From NCBI GenBank assembly GCA_014879375.1, contig JACSSF010000087.1:2118-66117 (forward strand): DNA of 64,000 nucleotides, in the 5' to 3' direction. This DNA is from Lysobacteraceae bacterium (lineage in GTDB: Bacteria > Pseudomonadota > Gammaproteobacteria > Xanthomonadales > Xanthomonadaceae). The notes under the pieces are model-generated. The model made no database searches, had not been told where the DNA came from, and saw only the letters and a program-made list of their open reading frames with translations. A program made the position numbers and the translations under genes. This document shows, one piece after another, positions 60,841-64,000 of this stretch (its first letter is position 1; every line of letters starts with the position of its first letter).

Positions 60841-61941
60841 TTACTTGGCGTTGGCCAGGCGCTGGGCCTCGGCCGTGTTCTTCACGCCCTTGGCCAAGGC
60901 CTCCTTGGCGGCAGCCCGTTGTTCCGTCGTCTTGCCCTGGTTGTTGTAGACCTTGGCAAGGTTGAGCCAGGTTTCACCGTCAGGCATTAGAGGCGCCGCT
61001 TCGGCATAGTACTTGGCGGCGGCATCCAGGTCGTCGGCAAAAAACGCCTGGTTGGCGATGACCGACCATGCCTTCCCCAGATCCTGATCCTTGGGCAGGA
61101 TGCCCTTGTCCACGCCATCCCGGACGACAATGGCCGCCCTCTTCCAGCCATTGTCGTCTTCGTTGAGCAGGCCCGAGTACAGCGCACGGTATTCGTTCGC
61201 TTCGGTCAACATGCCTTTTTGTTGTGCATCAAGCAGCAGCTTGTTGGCCGCGGGGAACTTGTCTGCCTGCTGCAGGGTGACCACGGTGTTCATCAGCAGC
61301 TTCTTGTCGTTCGGATTCTTGGCCAGGAGCTCGGCGAACAACACCGAAGCTTCTTCACTACGACCTGCACTCGACAACAGGCTGGCCTTCATCGACAGGT
61401 ACTGCGGCTCCTCTGTCTTGGTCTCGGCCAGGAACCGGTCCAGTGTCTTCATCGCCGCATCCCATTGTTCCAGCTGGGCTTGTGTGGCGATCAAGTTGTT
61501 CATCACCGCGTAGTGACTGTTGTTGTCCAGTCCATTGGCATCTATCGCCGCCTGGAAATATTCGGCTGCCTTCGCCGCGTCATTGTTTTCACTCGAAGCC
61601 ACGCCGGCCAACTGGTAGGCAAATGCCTTCTCGTAAGCGTTGTCGGTTGATTGAGCGAACGGCACGGCGATCGTGACCACTTCCACGAAGTTATCGTCGT
61701 TGTACGCCTTGGTCATGGCCTGGAGGTGCTTGACGCCCTTTTGGGTGGCACGCACGGTGGGTTCTGCTCGCGTGGCTTGCGGATACCGCGGCGGTTCCTT
61801 TTGTTGCTTCTCTTCCTTTTGTGCCGACCTGTCTCGCCTGCCGGCCTGGCGACTTTGCGGGTCGGCGAACGCCGGAGCAGCGACGGCAGCGCCCAATACC
61901 AGGGCCATCGCAACAGTCAGTGGGCGGTTGAGGGTTTTCAT
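60841..61941 (-). CDS. exported tetratricopeptide repeat protein
   Basis: Signal peptide (AFA), helical TPR-like pattern (AAEYFQAAI, TWLNLAKVY); GGAG RBS. Confidence 0.8.
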   Translation of the reverse strand: MKTLNRPLTVAMALVLGAAVAAPAFADPQSRQAGRRDRSAQKEEKQQKEPPRYPQATRAEPTVRATQKGVKHLQAMTKAYNDDNFVEVVTIAVPFAQSTDNAYEKAFAYQLAGVASSENNDAAKAAEYFQAAIDANGLDNNSHYAVMNNLIATQAQLEQWDAAMKTLDRFLAETKTEEPQYLSMKASLLSSAGRSEEASVLFAELLAKNPNDKKLLMNTVVTLQQADKFPAANKLLLDAQQKGMLTEANEYRALYSGLLNEDDNGWKRAAIVVRDGVDKGILPKDQDLGKAWSVIANQAFFADDLDAAAKYYAEAAPLMPDGETWLNLAKVYNNQGKTTEQRAAAKEALAKGVKNTAEAQRLANAK

Positions 61942-62060
61942 GGTGCAACTCCTAGAGTTCTGTCTTGCTGGCCGGAAGGGCATGGATGATAAAACCTAGC
62001 AGAATGCGCCGATCTCGGGCAGGCCTTGTCAAACCGGGCATTCAGTTGTCGGGTGGTCGG

Positions 62061-62888
62061 TCAGCCGCAATTCGGGCGCTTGCCGTCGGCCCGCGCGCGT
62101 TCATATTCGGGCATCAGGGCGGCGGCACGCTGGTTCATTTCGGCCAGTCGCGATTGCGGGTCCGGGTGGGTGGACAGCCATTGCGGCGATCGGTTGCCGC
62201 CGCTGGCCTTGATCATGTTCTCCCACAGGCCCACCGATGCACGGGGATCAAACCCGGCGCGGGCCATCAGCTGTTGGCCGACCACATCGGCCTCGGCTTC
62301 CTGGGTACGTGAATTCGGCAGCAGGAAGCCGGCCTGGGCGAGGACGCTGCCACCCTGCATCGCCGCATCGCCGACGCCTTGCCCGTAGCGCGAGCCCAGC
62401 AGCGCGCCCGCGACCTGCAATGCCCCCTGCGCGCCCAATTGCCGGGTGATTCGCTCGTTATGATGATTGGCAATGACATGGCCGATCTCGTGGGAGATCA
62501 CCCCAGCCAGCTGGTCCTGGTTGCGCGCGACCGTGAAGATGCCGGTGTACAAGCCGACATGGCCGCCCGGCAAAGCGAAGGCGTTCGGGGTGTTGTCGAC
62601 GAACACGGCCGTATCCCATCGATATCGCTGCTGCCACGCCGCGGGCAACTCCCGCACCAGCGCATTGGTCACGCAGGTGGCGTAGGCGCGCTGGCGGGCA
62701 TCGCTCGTCTGCGCCTTTTGCGTCTTCATCTCGGCAATGGCCTGGTCGCCCATCTGATCGAGCTGTTGCTGGGATACGCCGCCCACGACCTGAGTGCGCC
62801 CGGTCGGTGACGTGGTGGTGGCGCAGGCCGTGATGGCGAGCGCCACCGCGCTGGCAAGCAGCATCGAACGGGTCGGGTGATGTCGCAT
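62061..62888 (-). CDS. M48 family metallopeptidase lipoprotein
   Basis: Lipobox ITAC; PNAFALPGG, HEIGH, EAEAD, LSTHP. Confidence 0.92.
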   Translation of the reverse strand: MRHHPTRSMLLASAVALAITACATTTSPTGRTQVVGGVSQQQLDQMGDQAIAEMKTQKAQTSDARQRAYATCVTNALVRELPAAWQQRYRWDTAVFVDNTPNAFALPGGHVGLYTGIFTVARNQDQLAGVISHEIGHVIANHHNERITRQLGAQGALQVAGALLGSRYGQGVGDAAMQGGSVLAQAGFLLPNSRTQEAEADVVGQQLMARAGFDPRASVGLWENMIKASGGNRSPQWLSTHPDPQSRLAEMNQRAAALMPEYERARADGKRPNCG

Positions 62889-62966
62889 CGAAGGGCCCCT
62901 GTGGTGAATGACCCGTCCGTTTTTACGCTTTCCCGGCTTAGGAATTTGTCAACGCGTCGCCGCCGT

Positions 62967-63800
62967 TCAGCCTCCGTATCCCGCGATCATCAGCCCGCAG
63001 CCGATCAGGTTGTTGGTCGCATGGGTGGCGATCGGGGCCCAGAGCGTGCCGCTGCGGCGATAGATCCAGGCCAGGCACATCCCCATGCCGGCATAGAACA
63101 GCAGCAGGATCGTCGTCATTGCCCAAGGGGAATCGGTGGTGCCCGGCACTTCGTGGGCGAAGGCGAACAACAGGCTGCTGGCGACCATGCCTGCGCCCGG
63201 CTTGCCCGCCGCCCACAGCCGCCCGAACAGGCCGCGGCGGAACAGCAGTTCTTCCGACAAGGGGGCGATGACCACTGCGATCAACAGCAGCAGCGCCGGG
63301 CTGTAGGCCAGAATCGCCTCAAGCATCGCCACGTTGGTTGGATTGGCCGTGTGCCCGAACTGTTGCAGCACCCACATCAGCAACATGCTGCTGGCAGTCA
63401 GCCCGATGCCGAGGCCTATCGCCTCCAACCAGGTGCGTGGCTTGGCGGCGGCGGCGCGCGAGACACGACGCTCCGCCGGCGTTGCCCGCCGACGCCAGAA
63501 ATAGACCGTGAGCGCAGCCAGCGCCATGCCGAGGCTGCCGATCACCATCATCACGACGGCGGAAGGTTCACCGAGCGCCCGCGTCATCGCGTTCGGGTCG
63601 GCAGCGACCTGCGGATCGCGCAGGCCGATCTTGATCGCGGAAATGAAGCCCCAGGCCGCCATCCCCGCGAAGACGCTCGCGATCAACACGCCCGTCGCGA
63701 TCAGGACATCGATGACGAACCCGAGCCACGGATTCTTCGGCGCGGCGGTGACGGGCGTGACTGTGGGTGTCGCTGGCGGAATCGAAGGCGGCGTGTTCAT
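62967..63800 (-). CDS. CPBP (CAAX/Abi) family intramembrane metalloprotease
   Basis: APLSEELLFRR, FAFAH, PIATHATNN. Confidence 0.9.
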   Translation of the reverse strand: MNTPPSIPPATPTVTPVTAAPKNPWLGFVIDVLIATGVLIASVFAGMAAWGFISAIKIGLRDPQVAADPNAMTRALGEPSAVVMMVIGSLGMALAALTVYFWRRRATPAERRVSRAAAAKPRTWLEAIGLGIGLTASSMLLMWVLQQFGHTANPTNVAMLEAILAYSPALLLLIAVVIAPLSEELLFRRGLFGRLWAAGKPGAGMVASSLLFAFAHEVPGTTDSPWAMTTILLLFYAGMGMCLAWIYRRSGTLWAPIATHATNNLIGCGLMIAGYGG

Positions 63801-63890
63801 GCCGTCAGTATGCCCTCGCCCGTCCGCGCCACGATGCGGCGCTTTGGACAAAGGCGATGCGCGACGTTCTGCCCACGCATCGCCCCATGA

Positions 63891-64000
63891 TCACACGTCG
63901 AGGTTGGCGACCTTCAGCGCGTTGTCCTCGATGAACTCGCGGCGCGGTTCCACCACGTCACCCATCAACGTGGTGAAAATCTGATCGGCAGCGACCGCGT
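63891..64000 (-). CDS. gyrB: DNA gyrase subunit B, C-terminal end (partial)
   Basis: Minus-strand translation [35 protein letters not shown]; not in the ORF track. Confidence 0.93.
   Translation of the reverse strand, partial: AVAADQIFTTLMGDVVEPRREFIEDNALKVANLDV

Noticed and set aside
63853..63884. Hairpin after gyrB as a terminator
   Set aside because: 9-bp stem but 14-nt loop and only a short U-run; too weak to call

Overview
GC-rich chromosomal segment of a Lysobacteraceae/Xanthomonadaceae-like gammaproteobacterium. It probably lies close to the replication origin, because it ends in the gyrB-CPBP-M48-TPR-tonB-exbB-exbD-exbD-pdxJ block. Main blocks: (1) envelope enzymes (two L,D-transpeptidases, M61 peptidase, I78 inhibitor); (2) an FNR-box-marked denitrification/NO region (hemN, fnr, qNor norB, DUF2946 upstream ORF plus OprC-like copper receptor, nnrS-sirB2-PLP decarboxylase-Cds1-like cluster, fabAB, cytochrome c-fused nirK, FGE/NirV-like protein, SCO); (3) DUF2239-MFS pair, folE, mlaFEDCBA, rmuC and other housekeeping genes; (4) a complete fapABCDEF-like functional amyloid operon with a readable sigma-54 promoter, IHF-like site and enhancer palindromes, flanked by a sigma-54 activator and a sensor-less histidine kinase. 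Twelve genes show a -10 hexamer exactly at -12..-7 from the ATG, suggesting leaderless mRNAs; two of these are FNR class II promoters. No rRNA, tRNA, CRISPR array or mobile-element gene was recognised. All calls come from reading motifs by eye; no database searches were run.
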